A stretch of DNA of 61,612 nt, the filler included, from a bacterium (GTDB taxonomy: Bacteria > JACRDZ01 > JAQUKH01): NCBI GenBank assembly GCA_028719205.1. It is 3 parts of 3 records of this genome, joined end to end, with 100 filler letters (N's around TTAATTAATTAA, not from the genome) between each part and the next. Parts side by side here need not be neighbours in the genome. Positions count along the whole stretch, not along the records: positions 1 to 22,980 come from JAQUKH010000037.1; 2 more parts are not named here. The stretch is one strand, 5' to 3'. The notes under the pieces are model-generated. The model ran no database searches, was not told where the DNA came from, and was given only the letters and a program-made list of their open reading frames with translations. Of this stretch, positions 1 to 9,898 are shown piece by piece. Position 1 is the stretch's first letter; each line of letters opens with the position of its first letter. The position numbers and the translations under genes are program-made.

Positions 1-810
1 TGGCTGATATTTCAATCATTATTCCAGGGGATTATAAAGCTGGATTTTTTCGCAAGGTGGATTTTTATGCTGTCGGCGGGGGCATTAGCATTTACCGGGG
101 GATTGGCGTTGACATGTTTTGTAAGGGCCTTTAGCGCGACATTTCTCGCCCGTCCGAGAAGCGCGGAAGTTACTCACGCCAGAGAATCCTCATTCCCTTT
201 GCTCGCCGGTATGGGGGCGCTCTCAGCACTGTCTCTTTTATTCGGAATATTTTCCGGCCCGCTTACATTTTTTCTTGGAAAAGTAGGAAATAGCCTCAGC
301 ATTTTTCAAGGGGTACCTTCTTTGATTTCATTATCAAAAGGCCAGGGTATAATTATGGAAAACGGTTTTGCTTCTGTCTCGGGGCCCGCATTCTTTGCGC
401 TTTTCCTTGCCGTGATTTTTATAGTAGTATTTATTACTCGATCAATGATCAATGGACAACAAAAAATAAAAACCGGCGCCACCTGGGATTGTGGAACCGG
501 TTTAACTCCGCGCATGGAAATAACCGCTACGGGCTTTGCCCGTTCCATTGTTCTTATTTTCAAAGGTATATTAAAACCAAGCATTCAACACGAAATTGGA
601 TATCATGACTCTGAAAGCAGATATTTGCCGAAATCCAGAACAGTGACTTTAAGCGTAGGCGATATCCCACGGTCTTATTTTTATCAGCCATTACATATGA
701 TGGTTACCGGTTTGTCTTCGCGTGTAAAGAATATTCAAAGTGGGAACATAAATGCCTACATTTCATATATTTTTATCGCGCTCTTAATCGTATTATTTGC
801 AACATTATAA
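1..810 (+). CDS. hyfB: Hydrogenase-4 component B / EhrA-like antiporter-like membrane subunit (5' truncated by window edge)
   Basis: Frame is open from base 1 (WLIFQSLFQG...). HyfB C-terminal motifs ALTCFVRAFSATFLARPRS, TWDCG...TPRMEITATGFA and IQSGNINAY are present. Confidence 0.85.
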   Translation, partial: WLIFQSLFQGIIKLDFFARWIFMLSAGALAFTGGLALTCFVRAFSATFLARPRSAEVTHARESSFPLLAGMGALSALSLLFGIFSGPLTFFLGKVGNSLSIFQGVPSLISLSKGQGIIMENGFASVSGPAFFALFLAVIFIVVFITRSMINGQQKIKTGATWDCGTGLTPRMEITATGFARSIVLIFKGILKPSIQHEIGYHDSESRYLPKSRTVTLSVGDIPRSYFYQPLHMMVTGLSSRVKNIQSGNINAYISYIFIALLIVLFATL

Positions 811-813
811 ATT

Positions 814-1740
814 ATGAAAATACTTGTTTGGGCAATTCAATTTATTTTTACACCGGCAATATCGCCGCTTTGTGTTGGTATTATCAAAAAGATAAAAGCA
901 TGGCTTCAAAATCGCCAGGGTGCGGGTATTTTTCAGCTATACAAAGATTTATGGAAGCTCTTGCACAAAGATGAAATAATAAGCCGGGATGCCTCCTGGA
1001 TTTTCCGCTATGCTCCGTTTATTATTTTTGCCGTAACAATTGTGGTGGGCGGGAGTATCCCGCTCTTTGCATCTTTTCTCGGCAACACTTTAACCGGAGA
1101 TATGCTGGTTGTTGTTTACGCGCTGGCTGTCAGCACTTTTTTCCTGGCGCTTGGAGGTATGGATACCGGCAGCGCTTTTGGAGGATTCGGTTCCAGCCGT
1201 GAAATGACTATTTCCGCGCTGGCAGAAGGCGGGCTTATTTTTTCTCTCCTGACGGTGGGACTTATAAGCGGTACTACGAATTTATTTGCCATCTCCGGCT
1301 TCGGTATGTTCGCGGAAAGCCGGCATTTTTTTCCGGTGCTGTTGGCTTTTGGCGGATTTTTTATTGTTCTGCTGGCTGAGACAGCAAGGTTCCCCTATGA
1401 CAATCCGGATACTCATTTGGAATTAACCATGATTCACGAAGCGATGCTTTTGGAATATTCCGGAAAAAGACTGGCCCTTATGGAATGGGCATCAGCCAAT
1501 AAGCTGTTTATTTTCTCCGCCCTGGGAGCGAATCTGTTTTTTCCATTAGGTTTGGCTCAAAATATGGATGCAGGCGCGATTGTTACAGGTATCGCCGCTT
1601 TTATGGTAAAAATATTTATTTTTTGCCTGGTTATTGCACTGATCGAATCCGGTATGGCTAAATTCCGTTTTTTTCGGTTACCGGATCTTTTATTAATCTC
1701 TTTTATTCTTAATGTTGTAGCACTCGGACTTATGTACTAA
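814..1740 (+). CDS. hyfC: NuoH/HyfC/HycD-like membrane subunit (EhrB)
   Basis: Motifs KIKAWLQNRQG, DTGSAFGGFGSSRE, AETARFPYDNPDTHLELTMIHEAMLLEYSG. Confidence 0.9.
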   Translation: MKILVWAIQFIFTPAISPLCVGIIKKIKAWLQNRQGAGIFQLYKDLWKLLHKDEIISRDASWIFRYAPFIIFAVTIVVGGSIPLFASFLGNTLTGDMLVVVYALAVSTFFLALGGMDTGSAFGGFGSSREMTISALAEGGLIFSLLTVGLISGTTNLFAISGFGMFAESRHFFPVLLAFGGFFIVLLAETARFPYDNPDTHLELTMIHEAMLLEYSGKRLALMEWASANKLFIFSALGANLFFPLGLAQNMDAGAIVTGIAAFMVKIFIFCLVIALIESGMAKFRFFRLPDLLLISFILNVVALGLMY

Positions 1741-1742
1741 TT

Positions 1743-2390
1743 ATGAATATTTTAACTTTACAATTTTTACTGGAGATAATTTTCGGCACCGTTATATTTT
1801 TGCATATTACAAAAAAGAATTTTTGGGCTGTGATCGCGTATGGCGTGCAATCTTTGATGATTGGTATTATCTTTCTCAATTCTTTTTTTGAAACCGTCAA
1901 TGTGTATATTGGCATTATGGTTCTCTTAACCATTATCATTAAGGTCATATTAGCGCCATTATTTTTAACTCGTTTAATTAAAAGGCACCTGGCAATGTTT
2001 TCAGTCAGCACCTATCTTAATACGCCGCTGACTTTAATAATTATTGCCATATTGACTTTTATTGCCCGCTCTCAGAAATTCGCGCCGCTGACTAATATTA
2101 TCCCTGCTAATCAGGCGTTGTTATCACTGGCGCTTTCAGCTATATTTCTTTCTCTCTTTCTAATTATCAACCGCAAGGGAGCGTTGTCACAAATTATTGG
2201 CATTCTTTCACTGGAAAATAGTATTGTGGTTTTTGCTGTTTTTGCCGGCTTAGAGCAATCACCGGCGCTTCAAATCGGCATCATATCCAATTTTTTTATT
2301 TGGCTGATTATTGCTACAGTGTTTGTATCTATGATTTTTAAACATTTTGGGTCTCTTGATATAACTACCATGAAGAATTTAAAAGATTAA
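1743..2390 (+). CDS. hyfE: Hydrogenase-4 component E-like membrane subunit (EhrC)
   Basis: Hydrophobic 215 aa with RKGALSQIIGILSLENSI; lies between hyfC and hyfF. Confidence 0.8.
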   Translation: MNILTLQFLLEIIFGTVIFLHITKKNFWAVIAYGVQSLMIGIIFLNSFFETVNVYIGIMVLLTIIIKVILAPLFLTRLIKRHLAMFSVSTYLNTPLTLIIIAILTFIARSQKFAPLTNIIPANQALLSLALSAIFLSLFLIINRKGALSQIIGILSLENSIVVFAVFAGLEQSPALQIGIISNFFIWLIIATVFVSMIFKHFGSLDITTMKNLKD

Positions 2391-2394
2391 AGTT

Positions 2395-3837
2395 ATGGAA
2401 ATGCTATTTATTATTACAACCTTAATAATTACAGCGCTAATAAGCGCGCTGATTAAACGTAGAGGCGTTATTGAGTTTTTTTCTGTTATTGCCGCGCTTA
2501 TTGTATTGTTTGAAGCTGGCGCCATCGCTCTAAAAGTTTCTGTTTCCGGTGACTATTCTCCATTTATTTATTTCTATATTGATTCACTGGGAGCGATTAT
2601 CCTTCTTGTCGCCAGCGTTATTTCCCTTGCGGCCGCGGTTTACTCCATACAATATCTTCGTCAGGAAACTGCTAAAAATATCATTGGTTTTGCAAGAGTA
2701 AGGCAATATTATGTATTGTTAAATATTTTTTCAATTGCAATGTTTTTAGCCATAACAGCCAATAACCCGATATTCGCGTGGATTTCAATTGAAGCCACGA
2801 CACTTTCTACCGCCTTTCTCATTAGTTTTTATAATAAGCCATCGGCTATTGAAGCGGCCTGGAAATACCTGATTATCAACGCTGTCGGTTTGCTTTTGGG
2901 ATTTTTTGGGACGCTCTTATACTTTACTTCTTTCACCTTATTGAGTGAAAATGAATTTGTCAGTTGGCAGTCGCTTGCGGCAAATGCTGTTCATTTGGAT
3001 CCGTTAATCGCCAAAGTTGCCTTTATTTTTGCATTAATCGGTTATGGAACAAAGATTGGGTTTGTGCCTATGCACACATGGAAACCGGACGCATATAGTA
3101 AAGCGCCTAATCCAATTGGGGCATTATTATCAGGCGCTCTTTTGCCGGTTGCGTTTATTATGATATTGAAATTCAGGGGAATAACAGATATTGCCGCTGG
3201 CCCGGAGTTTAGCCGGCATTTATTAATTGGATTTGGCCTGTTATCTGTTGCGGTAGCCGCATTAATAATGTTTAATGCCAAAAATTACAAAAGATTATTA
3301 GCCTATTCCAGCATTGAAAATGCAGGGGTAATGGCTCTGGGTTTTAGCTTCGGCGGTTTGGGTGTTTTTGCCACTATACTTCATTTGATTTATAACTCCC
3401 TCGTAAAAGCGATGCTTTTCTTTTCCTCCGGAAATTTATTACTTAGATATAGTTCTGCAAAAATCAAGAATATCAAAGGAGCAATAGATGTTGTTCCTAT
3501 TACGAGTACGCTGTTTATTGCCGGTTTTTTAATTTTGACAGGATTCCCCCCATTTGGAATATTTTTAACCAAGATGCAAATTCTTTCGGCTGGCATGCAG
3601 GCATATCCGGCAGTCAGTGTTGCTGCTTTATCTTTTATGACGCTCGCCTTTGCTGGTTTTTTTAAGCATATTACCTCTATGTTTTTTGGCGAAAAACCCA
3701 AGGATATTGAAATCGGAGAAAGTAGTATTTGGTTAATTCTTCCGCCTATGATGTTGCTGATTATCATTAGTATTTTAAGTTTTTATATTCCGTCTTTTTT
3801 ATTAACGTTGATCAATAATGCCGTTTTACGCTATTAA
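2395..3837 (+). CDS. hyfF: Hydrogenase-4 component F-like antiporter subunit (EhrD)
   Basis: Motifs WISIEATTLST, EAAWKY, GYGTKIGFVPMHTWKPDAYS, KRLLAYSSIEN. Confidence 0.9.
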   Translation: MEMLFIITTLIITALISALIKRRGVIEFFSVIAALIVLFEAGAIALKVSVSGDYSPFIYFYIDSLGAIILLVASVISLAAAVYSIQYLRQETAKNIIGFARVRQYYVLLNIFSIAMFLAITANNPIFAWISIEATTLSTAFLISFYNKPSAIEAAWKYLIINAVGLLLGFFGTLLYFTSFTLLSENEFVSWQSLAANAVHLDPLIAKVAFIFALIGYGTKIGFVPMHTWKPDAYSKAPNPIGALLSGALLPVAFIMILKFRGITDIAAGPEFSRHLLIGFGLLSVAVAALIMFNAKNYKRLLAYSSIENAGVMALGFSFGGLGVFATILHLIYNSLVKAMLFFSSGNLLLRYSSAKIKNIKGAIDVVPITSTLFIAGFLILTGFPPFGIFLTKMQILSAGMQAYPAVSVAALSFMTLAFAGFFKHITSMFFGEKPKDIEIGESSIWLILPPMMLLIIISILSFYIPSFLLTLINNAVLRY

Positions 3838-3839
3838 TT

Positions 3840-5411
3840 ATGATTAAAGAAAAAATACAACAATATATTTCTAAAGACGCGAAAGTTGAATTTTGCGATA
3901 ATGCCGCTATTTTTGAGGTATCCGCTTCAGAAATAAAGAAAGTTGCCGGTGATTTACACGGTAATAAAAATCTTTTATTCAAACTTATAACCGCGACCGA
4001 CGAAAGGGCGGAAAATGATTGCTTTAAAATTTGGTATGTTTTTGGCATACCCAAAGAAAATTTATTTATTATTCCTTTTATTCAATTAAAAAATACAACA
4101 GAATTTCCATCGATCTCTCTTATTATTTATGAGTCTTTGAATTTTGAAAAAAAAATACAGACATTTTTTGGCCTTACTCCAACCGGAAGCTATGATCTAA
4201 GGCCGATAATACTTCATGAAAATTGGCCAACGGATATTTTTCCTTTAAGAAAAGATTTTAATTGGCAGGCAAGGCCTGAAACAGCAAGCGGTGTTTATCG
4301 TTTTCAAGAGGTTAAAGGTGAAGGCATTTATGAAATTCCGGTCGGGCCGATTCACGCCGGCATCATCGAGCCGGGCCATTTCCGCTTTAGCGTTGCCGGA
4401 GAACGCATCGTGCTTTTGGAACCGCGGCTCGGTTTTACTCATAAGGGCAGTGAAAAATTATTTGAAGTCCTGTCGCTTGGTGATAAGGTAAAGTTATCGG
4501 AAAAAATTTCCGGGGATAGTTCTTTCAGCCATTCATTGGCTTTTTGTCAGGCGTTAGAAAAATTAAGCCGTATCAATGTGCCGGCGCGCGCGCGATATCT
4601 GCGGGTTATTTATGCCGAACTGGAACGGCTGGCTAATCATTTAGGTGATATCGGGGCGATTATGATGGACACAGGTTTTAATTTTGGCGGAGCGCAAGGC
4701 GCGCGCCTGCGGGAAATAGTTATGCGAATAAATGAAAGAATTACCGGAAGCCGGTTTTTGCGTAATGTAAATGTTATTAGCGGGGTAGTCAAAGATATTG
4801 ATGATAAAGAAAAAAACAAATTATCTTTAGAGCTGGAAAAAATAAACAAAGATTTTTACGAAGTTATCGCGGTAGCGGAAAATAGCACATCTCTTTTAAA
4901 TCGTCTCAAAGGGACGGGGGCGCTTTCGGCTGAAATTTCCAAAAATCACGGTGTTTTAGGAGTGGCCGGAAAAGCCGTTGGTATACAAAACGACGCGCGC
5001 GTTGATTATCCTTACGCGGCTTACGACGAGCTTTTGCCTGGTGAAATTGCAACCGAGCAAGATGGAGATGTCTATGCAAGATTCCGTGTTCGTATCAAAG
5101 AAACTTTTGCATCAATTAAGATTATTCAAGATGCATTGCGCAAATTACCGGAAGGATGCACCAGTATAGCTGATCCTGATGTTATCTTCAAAAAAAATGC
5201 TCTTGCGATAAGTGTTGTGGAAGGATGGCGGGGAGAGATTTTATATTTTGTTACAACAGGCACGGATGGAAATATCAGCAGAGTTGCCCCTCGAGACCCT
5301 TCGTTCATTAATTGGGGGGTACTTAGATACGCGGGTTTTGGTAATATAATACCTGATTTCCCGCTGATCAATAAAAGTTTTAATTTGTCATATTCCGGAA
5401 ATGATTTATAA
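3840..5411 (+). CDS. Ehr large subunit (NuoC+NuoD-like fusion, HyfG/HycE homolog without Ni-binding CxxC)
   Basis: Motifs FPLRKDF, GPIHAGIIEPGHFRF, ELERLANH, EGWRGE, RDPSF. The L1 region reads EKISGDSSFSH and the C-terminus DFPLINKSFNLSYSGNDL, neither with CxxC. Confidence 0.85.
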   Translation: MIKEKIQQYISKDAKVEFCDNAAIFEVSASEIKKVAGDLHGNKNLLFKLITATDERAENDCFKIWYVFGIPKENLFIIPFIQLKNTTEFPSISLIIYESLNFEKKIQTFFGLTPTGSYDLRPIILHENWPTDIFPLRKDFNWQARPETASGVYRFQEVKGEGIYEIPVGPIHAGIIEPGHFRFSVAGERIVLLEPRLGFTHKGSEKLFEVLSLGDKVKLSEKISGDSSFSHSLAFCQALEKLSRINVPARARYLRVIYAELERLANHLGDIGAIMMDTGFNFGGAQGARLREIVMRINERITGSRFLRNVNVISGVVKDIDDKEKNKLSLELEKINKDFYEVIAVAENSTSLLNRLKGTGALSAEISKNHGVLGVAGKAVGIQNDARVDYPYAAYDELLPGEIATEQDGDVYARFRVRIKETFASIKIIQDALRKLPEGCTSIADPDVIFKKNALAISVVEGWRGEILYFVTTGTDGNISRVAPRDPSFINWGVLRYAGFGNIIPDFPLINKSFNLSYSGNDL

Positions 5412-5443
5412 AATATACTAATTTTTTTAAGGAGGATTTATTT

Positions 5444-5965
5444 ATGGTTAAATTATGGAGATGTGAGATCTGCGGGGACCCTTATATTGGAAATAACCCG
5501 CCGGATAATTGCCCTTTTTGCGGAGCGCATAAACAGTATATTAAAGAGGTAAAAAATGCGGGAGTTAATTTTAATGTTGAATTGAACGAAAAAGATAAAA
5601 CTAACGCGGAGCACGCCCTGCAGGTTGAAATCAGCAACTCCACATTTTATTTTTGCGCCGCGGAAAAAACTGATGATCCGGAAGGAAAATTATTATTTAA
5701 GGCGTTAGCTAAAATCGAAGCGGAACATGCCGCTATCTGGAAGAAAATATTAAAACTTTCAAGTGTTCCGAAAGGTAATGAAACGTGCCATATAACAAAT
5801 AAAGAAAATCTTGGAGAATCCCATGCGAGAGAAACAAGGGCGATCGAATTTTACAAAAAATCTTCTAAGGAGTCTAAAAATAACAGAATAAAACAGATAT
5901 TTGAGGCATTGGTTGAAATAGAGACAGACCATTTATATCTTTCAGAGGAAAGATTAAGTGGGTAG
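5444..5965 (+). CDS. Reverse rubrerythrin-like protein (N-terminal rubredoxin-like + ferritin-like diiron domain)
   Basis: WRCEICG...CPFCGA followed by ExxH pairs (IEAEH, IETDH); SD AAGGAGG. Confidence 0.8.
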   Translation: MVKLWRCEICGDPYIGNNPPDNCPFCGAHKQYIKEVKNAGVNFNVELNEKDKTNAEHALQVEISNSTFYFCAAEKTDDPEGKLLFKALAKIEAEHAAIWKKILKLSSVPKGNETCHITNKENLGESHARETRAIEFYKKSSKESKNNRIKQIFEALVEIETDHLYLSEERLSG

Positions 5966-5988
5966 GGTATTGCAAAAAAAGTTAAATT

Positions 5989-6558
5989 ATGTTAAAACAT
6001 ATTATGATTAGAAATGGTATTTCGCAAACATTAGCGCTGGAAATAGAAAAACGGACAAAAATAAATGTTTTTGGCTGCTACCAGTGCGGAAAATGTTCCG
6101 CGGGCTGTGTTTTTTCTTACCTTATGGATACCCCGCCGCATCTTTTGATGAGATTAATACAGTTAGACATGAGAGAAAAGGCGCTTTCTTCCAATACTTT
6201 TTGGGGTTGTGGCGCGTGTGTTACATGTTCATTCCGTTGTCCAAGGGAAATAGATGTTTTAAGAGTAATAAATACCGTAAGGAGCATCGCGATAGAAGAA
6301 AGAGTTTTGTCCCGGAACAATAGCCTGAAAGATGTCCCGATTTTTAATGAGATATTCATGAATAATATTATTGGAAATGAACATGTAAATGAATTTTTAC
6401 TTGGAGCTAATTTTAATCTTAAAAGCCTGAAATTTTTTAAAGATATTTCGCTTTTGCCGGTTTTATATAAAAAAGATAAACTTACGGCTCGTAAGAAAGC
6501 ATCTACTAGAAATATAAAGAAGATAGTTGAAGGATTAAAAGGTAATAATGGAATATAG
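5989..6558 (+). CDS. hdrC: Heterodisulfide reductase subunit C
   Basis: CYQCGKCSAGC and CGACVTCSFRCP ferredoxin motifs; precedes hdrB. Confidence 0.85.
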   Translation: MLKHIMIRNGISQTLALEIEKRTKINVFGCYQCGKCSAGCVFSYLMDTPPHLLMRLIQLDMREKALSSNTFWGCGACVTCSFRCPREIDVLRVINTVRSIAIEERVLSRNNSLKDVPIFNEIFMNNIIGNEHVNEFLLGANFNLKSLKFFKDISLLPVLYKKDKLTARKKASTRNIKKIVEGLKGNNGI

Positions 6559-7411
6559 CTATTATCCCGGTTGTTCTCTAAAAAGCAGTTCAAAAGATTA
6601 CGCTGAATCTGTAAAACAGGTATCTGATAAGCTAGGTATAACTCTGATCGAACTTTCAAACTGGGCCTGCTGCGGCGCGAGTGTGTCTCATATACCCGAG
6701 GAATCATTAAGTTTGGCTTTGCCGGCGCTTACTATAGCGGAAGCGGATAAATATTCACGCGATATCGTCGCCTCCTGCGCGGCCTGCTTTAACAGATTGA
6801 AGAGTACACACCTTTTATTAGGGAAATATCCGGAGAAAAAAATAGAAACAGAAAAATTAATAGGGAAAAATCTCTCCGTGAAAATTAATGTAAAACATTT
6901 TTTGGAAGTATTATTCGAGGAAGTCAAAGATTGGGATTCTATAATAATAAAAAAACTAAAAGGTTTAAAAGTTGCATGTTATTACGGATGTTTACTCACC
7001 AGGCCAAATGATATGATCAAAGACGGGAAAAGCGAAGACCCGCGGATGATGGATAACTTAATGGAAAAATTGGGAGCAGCCTCTATTGATTGGCCATTTA
7101 AAACTGAGTGTTGTGGTACAAGTTTTGGATTGTCCAAACCGGAAGTTGTATTAAAACTTTCAGGCAGGATTTTAAGATCGGCTAAAAAATCAGGAGCGGA
7201 ATGTATTGTAGTTGCCTGTCCTTTGTGCCATTCTAATCTTGACCTAAGGCAATCACAGATCGAAAAATACAATAATTTGAAATTTGACCTGCCTGTATTT
7301 TATTTTCCGGAATTAGCAGCTTTAGCGTTAGGCATAGATTATCGTAATTTACTATTGGATAAACATATTGTGGATCCGATGCCATTGCTAAGAAGGAAAG
7401 ATTTAATTTAA
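6548..7411 (+). CDS. hdrB: Heterodisulfide reductase subunit B
   Basis: YYPGC, WACCG, CAACF, YYGC, CCG and ACPLC CCG-domain motifs. Confidence 0.9.
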   Translation: MEYSYYPGCSLKSSSKDYAESVKQVSDKLGITLIELSNWACCGASVSHIPEESLSLALPALTIAEADKYSRDIVASCAACFNRLKSTHLLLGKYPEKKIETEKLIGKNLSVKINVKHFLEVLFEEVKDWDSIIIKKLKGLKVACYYGCLLTRPNDMIKDGKSEDPRMMDNLMEKLGAASIDWPFKTECCGTSFGLSKPEVVLKLSGRILRSAKKSGAECIVVACPLCHSNLDLRQSQIEKYNNLKFDLPVFYFPELAALALGIDYRNLLLDKHIVDPMPLLRRKDLI

Positions 7412-7432
7412 GTGAAGGGGAGCGAAGCGACA

Positions 7433-9397
7433 ATGCGAATCGGAGTTTTCATCTGTCATTGCGGAACAAATATTTCAGGCGTAGTAGATGTAGTTAAGCT
7501 TGCTGAAAGTATATCTCATTACCCCGGCGTTGTAATATCTAAAGAAAATAAATATATGTGTTCGGATCCGGGACAAAACCTTATTAAGAGCGCTGTTAAA
7601 GAATATAACCTGGACCGTATCGTTGTCGCGTCATGTACACCTAAACTTCATGAAAATACATTTCGTGCCTGCCTGGAAGATTTGGGCTTAAATCCTTATA
7701 TGCTGGAGATAGCCAATATCCGCGAGCAGTGTTCCTGGGTGCATTCTGATAATCCTGAATTAGCTACTAAAAAGGCGGAAGACCTTATAAAAATGGCTAT
7801 CGCAAGGGTTCGTTTTGCTAAGGAACTTACTTGTTCAAAAGTTACTATTGAACGCAGGGCGCTGGTTATAGGAGGCGGAGTCGCAGGGATCCAATCCGCG
7901 CTTGATATTGCCAATGCCGGGTACCATGTCACTTTGGTTGAGCGGACACCGTCTATAGGCGGGCGCATGGCACAGCTTGATAAGACATTCCCGACATTGG
8001 ATTGTTCCGCCTGTATTCTTACTCCAAAGATGGTTGAGGCAAACCGGCATCATTTGATAAAGATCCTTACATATTCGGAGGTAGAAGAAGTATCCGGATT
8101 TGTTGGAAGTTTTGAGGTTACAATCAGAATGAAGTCACGTTCTGTTGAAATGAAAAAATGCACAGGCTGCGGGATGTGTCAGTCTAAGTGCCCGGTTAAA
8201 GTGGATAGTGAATTTGATGAAGGATTATCAAAACGGCGCGCAATCTATATGCCTTTTCCCCAGGCAGTGCCGAATATCCCGGTGATTGACCGCGCGAATT
8301 GCAGGTATTTTTTAGAAAAGAAATGCGGGGTTTGTAAAAAGGTATGTCCGTCAGACGCGATAGATTATGACCAGGAAGACACAATTCTAAAAGAAAAATT
8401 CGGGAGCATCACTATCGCGACAGGATTTGATCTTTTTGATCACAGCGCGTATGGCGAATATGGCTACGGGAAATTAAAAAATGTAATTACCTCTATCCAG
8501 TATGAACGGCTGGTCAATTCCTCCGGGCCTACCGGAGGGCATATTATCCGCCCTTCGGATGGAAAAGAAGCTAAAAAGGTCGCGTTTATTTCGTGCGTTG
8601 GTTCAAGGGATAATAAAATGGGAAAGCCTTATTGTTCCAAGGTATGTTGCATGTATACCGCGAAACACGCGCTGCTTTTAAAAGAACATGTGCCGGATGC
8701 CGAGGCATATATATTTTATATAGATATAAGGGCGGCCGGGAAAAATTATGAAGAATTTGTTTATCGCGTGCAGGAAAATTACCGCGTGAAATATATTCGT
8801 GGCAGGGTATCTAAGATATTTGAAGAAGGAGATAATCTTATTGTCAGAGGATTTGATACCCTTTCAGGGGAATCCATTGAAATGGAGTTTGATCTTGTTG
8901 TTTTGGCAGTAGGCGTAATTCCCCGCAAGGATTCGGATAGTTTTGCCAGAATGTTAAATATTTCGCTTGATGCTAACCATTTTGTGGGTGAATTGCATCC
9001 AAAGCTTGCCCCTGTTGAAAAAAATACTCCCGGAATATTTCTGAGCGGCAGCTGCCAGTATCCGCGGGACATTCCTGAATCTGTGGCAATGGCGGGAGCG
9101 GCTGCGGTAAAATCACTTTCTCTTTTCGCGAAAGAATTTTTAACATCAGAACCGATGATTTCCGAAGTGAATACTTCAATATGCACCGGTTGTTTGAATT
9201 GTAAAAATATCTGCCCATACCGGGCAATAAATGAAGAAGAAATTAAAGATTTGGACGGAAAGATACGAATAGTCGCAAAGGTGAATGAAACTATCTGCAG
9301 AGGTTGCGGGACATGCGTGGCGAGCTGTCCCTCGCAGTGTATTAATTTAAAAGGTGTCAGTAACGAGCAGATCTTAGCGGCAATAGAGGCACTTTAA
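7433..9397 (+). CDS. hdrA: Heterodisulfide reductase subunit A (FAD, bifurcating)
   Basis: MRIGVFICHCGTNI start (ATG 7433 after GGGGAG), GGGVAG FAD motif, LDKTFPTLDCSACIL, YCSKVCCMY, ferredoxin domains. Confidence 0.95.
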   Translation: MRIGVFICHCGTNISGVVDVVKLAESISHYPGVVISKENKYMCSDPGQNLIKSAVKEYNLDRIVVASCTPKLHENTFRACLEDLGLNPYMLEIANIREQCSWVHSDNPELATKKAEDLIKMAIARVRFAKELTCSKVTIERRALVIGGGVAGIQSALDIANAGYHVTLVERTPSIGGRMAQLDKTFPTLDCSACILTPKMVEANRHHLIKILTYSEVEEVSGFVGSFEVTIRMKSRSVEMKKCTGCGMCQSKCPVKVDSEFDEGLSKRRAIYMPFPQAVPNIPVIDRANCRYFLEKKCGVCKKVCPSDAIDYDQEDTILKEKFGSITIATGFDLFDHSAYGEYGYGKLKNVITSIQYERLVNSSGPTGGHIIRPSDGKEAKKVAFISCVGSRDNKMGKPYCSKVCCMYTAKHALLLKEHVPDAEAYIFYIDIRAAGKNYEEFVYRVQENYRVKYIRGRVSKIFEEGDNLIVRGFDTLSGESIEMEFDLVVLAVGVIPRKDSDSFARMLNISLDANHFVGELHPKLAPVEKNTPGIFLSGSCQYPRDIPESVAMAGAAAVKSLSLFAKEFLTSEPMISEVNTSICTGCLNCKNICPYRAINEEEIKDLDGKIRIVAKVNETICRGCGTCVASCPSQCINLKGVSNEQILAAIEAL

Positions 9398-9433
9398 AAT
9401 AAGTTGTAAGTCAAATGTCACAAGTAAAAAGGT

Positions 9434-9898
9434 ATGATAAAAATGGATAATAATAATCAGCAAACCTGGGAACCAAAAATTTATGCGTTTTTATGTAACT
9501 GGTGCAGTTATGAAGGGGCGGACCTTGCCGGCGGGGGAAGGCGGATTTATCCGGCCAATGTCAGGATCATTCGTGTGCCTTGTTCAGGGCGTATTGACCC
9601 TGTTTTTATTCTGAAAAGTTTTGAACGCGGGGCTGATGGCGTTCTGGTTTCAGGCTGCCACCCGGGAGATTGCCATTATACGGAAGGAAATTATTTCGCG
9701 CGGCGCAAATTTGTCCTTGTGAAAAAGCTGCTGGAATATGTGGGAATTGAGCCTGAACGGTTTCAGGCCCGATGGATTTCTGCGTCAGAGGCAATAAAGT
9801 TTGTTGAAACTGTGAAAGAAATGACTGAAAATATAAGAAAACTAGGGCCGAATACAAAATTAGTGAAAAATATAAAAGAGGAGATAACATGTCAATAG
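9434..9898 (+). CDS. mvhD: MvhD/FlxD [2Fe-2S] subunit
   Basis: Motifs [32 protein letters not shown]. Confidence 0.9.
   Translation: MIKMDNNNQQTWEPKIYAFLCNWCSYEGADLAGGGRRIYPANVRIIRVPCSGRIDPVFILKSFERGADGVLVSGCHPGDCHYTEGNYFARRKFVLVKKLLEYVGIEPERFQARWISASEAIKFVETVKEMTENIRKLGPNTKLVKNIKEEITCQ

Noticed and set aside
3840-5411. Functional group 4 [NiFe]-hydrogenase / formate hydrogenlyase
   Set aside because: Both Ni-binding CxxC motifs are absent and there are no hyp maturation genes in the window.
7433-9898. Selenocysteine recoding in HdrA/MvhD
   Set aside because: The ORFs are uninterrupted and have Cys at the relevant motifs; no in-frame TGA.
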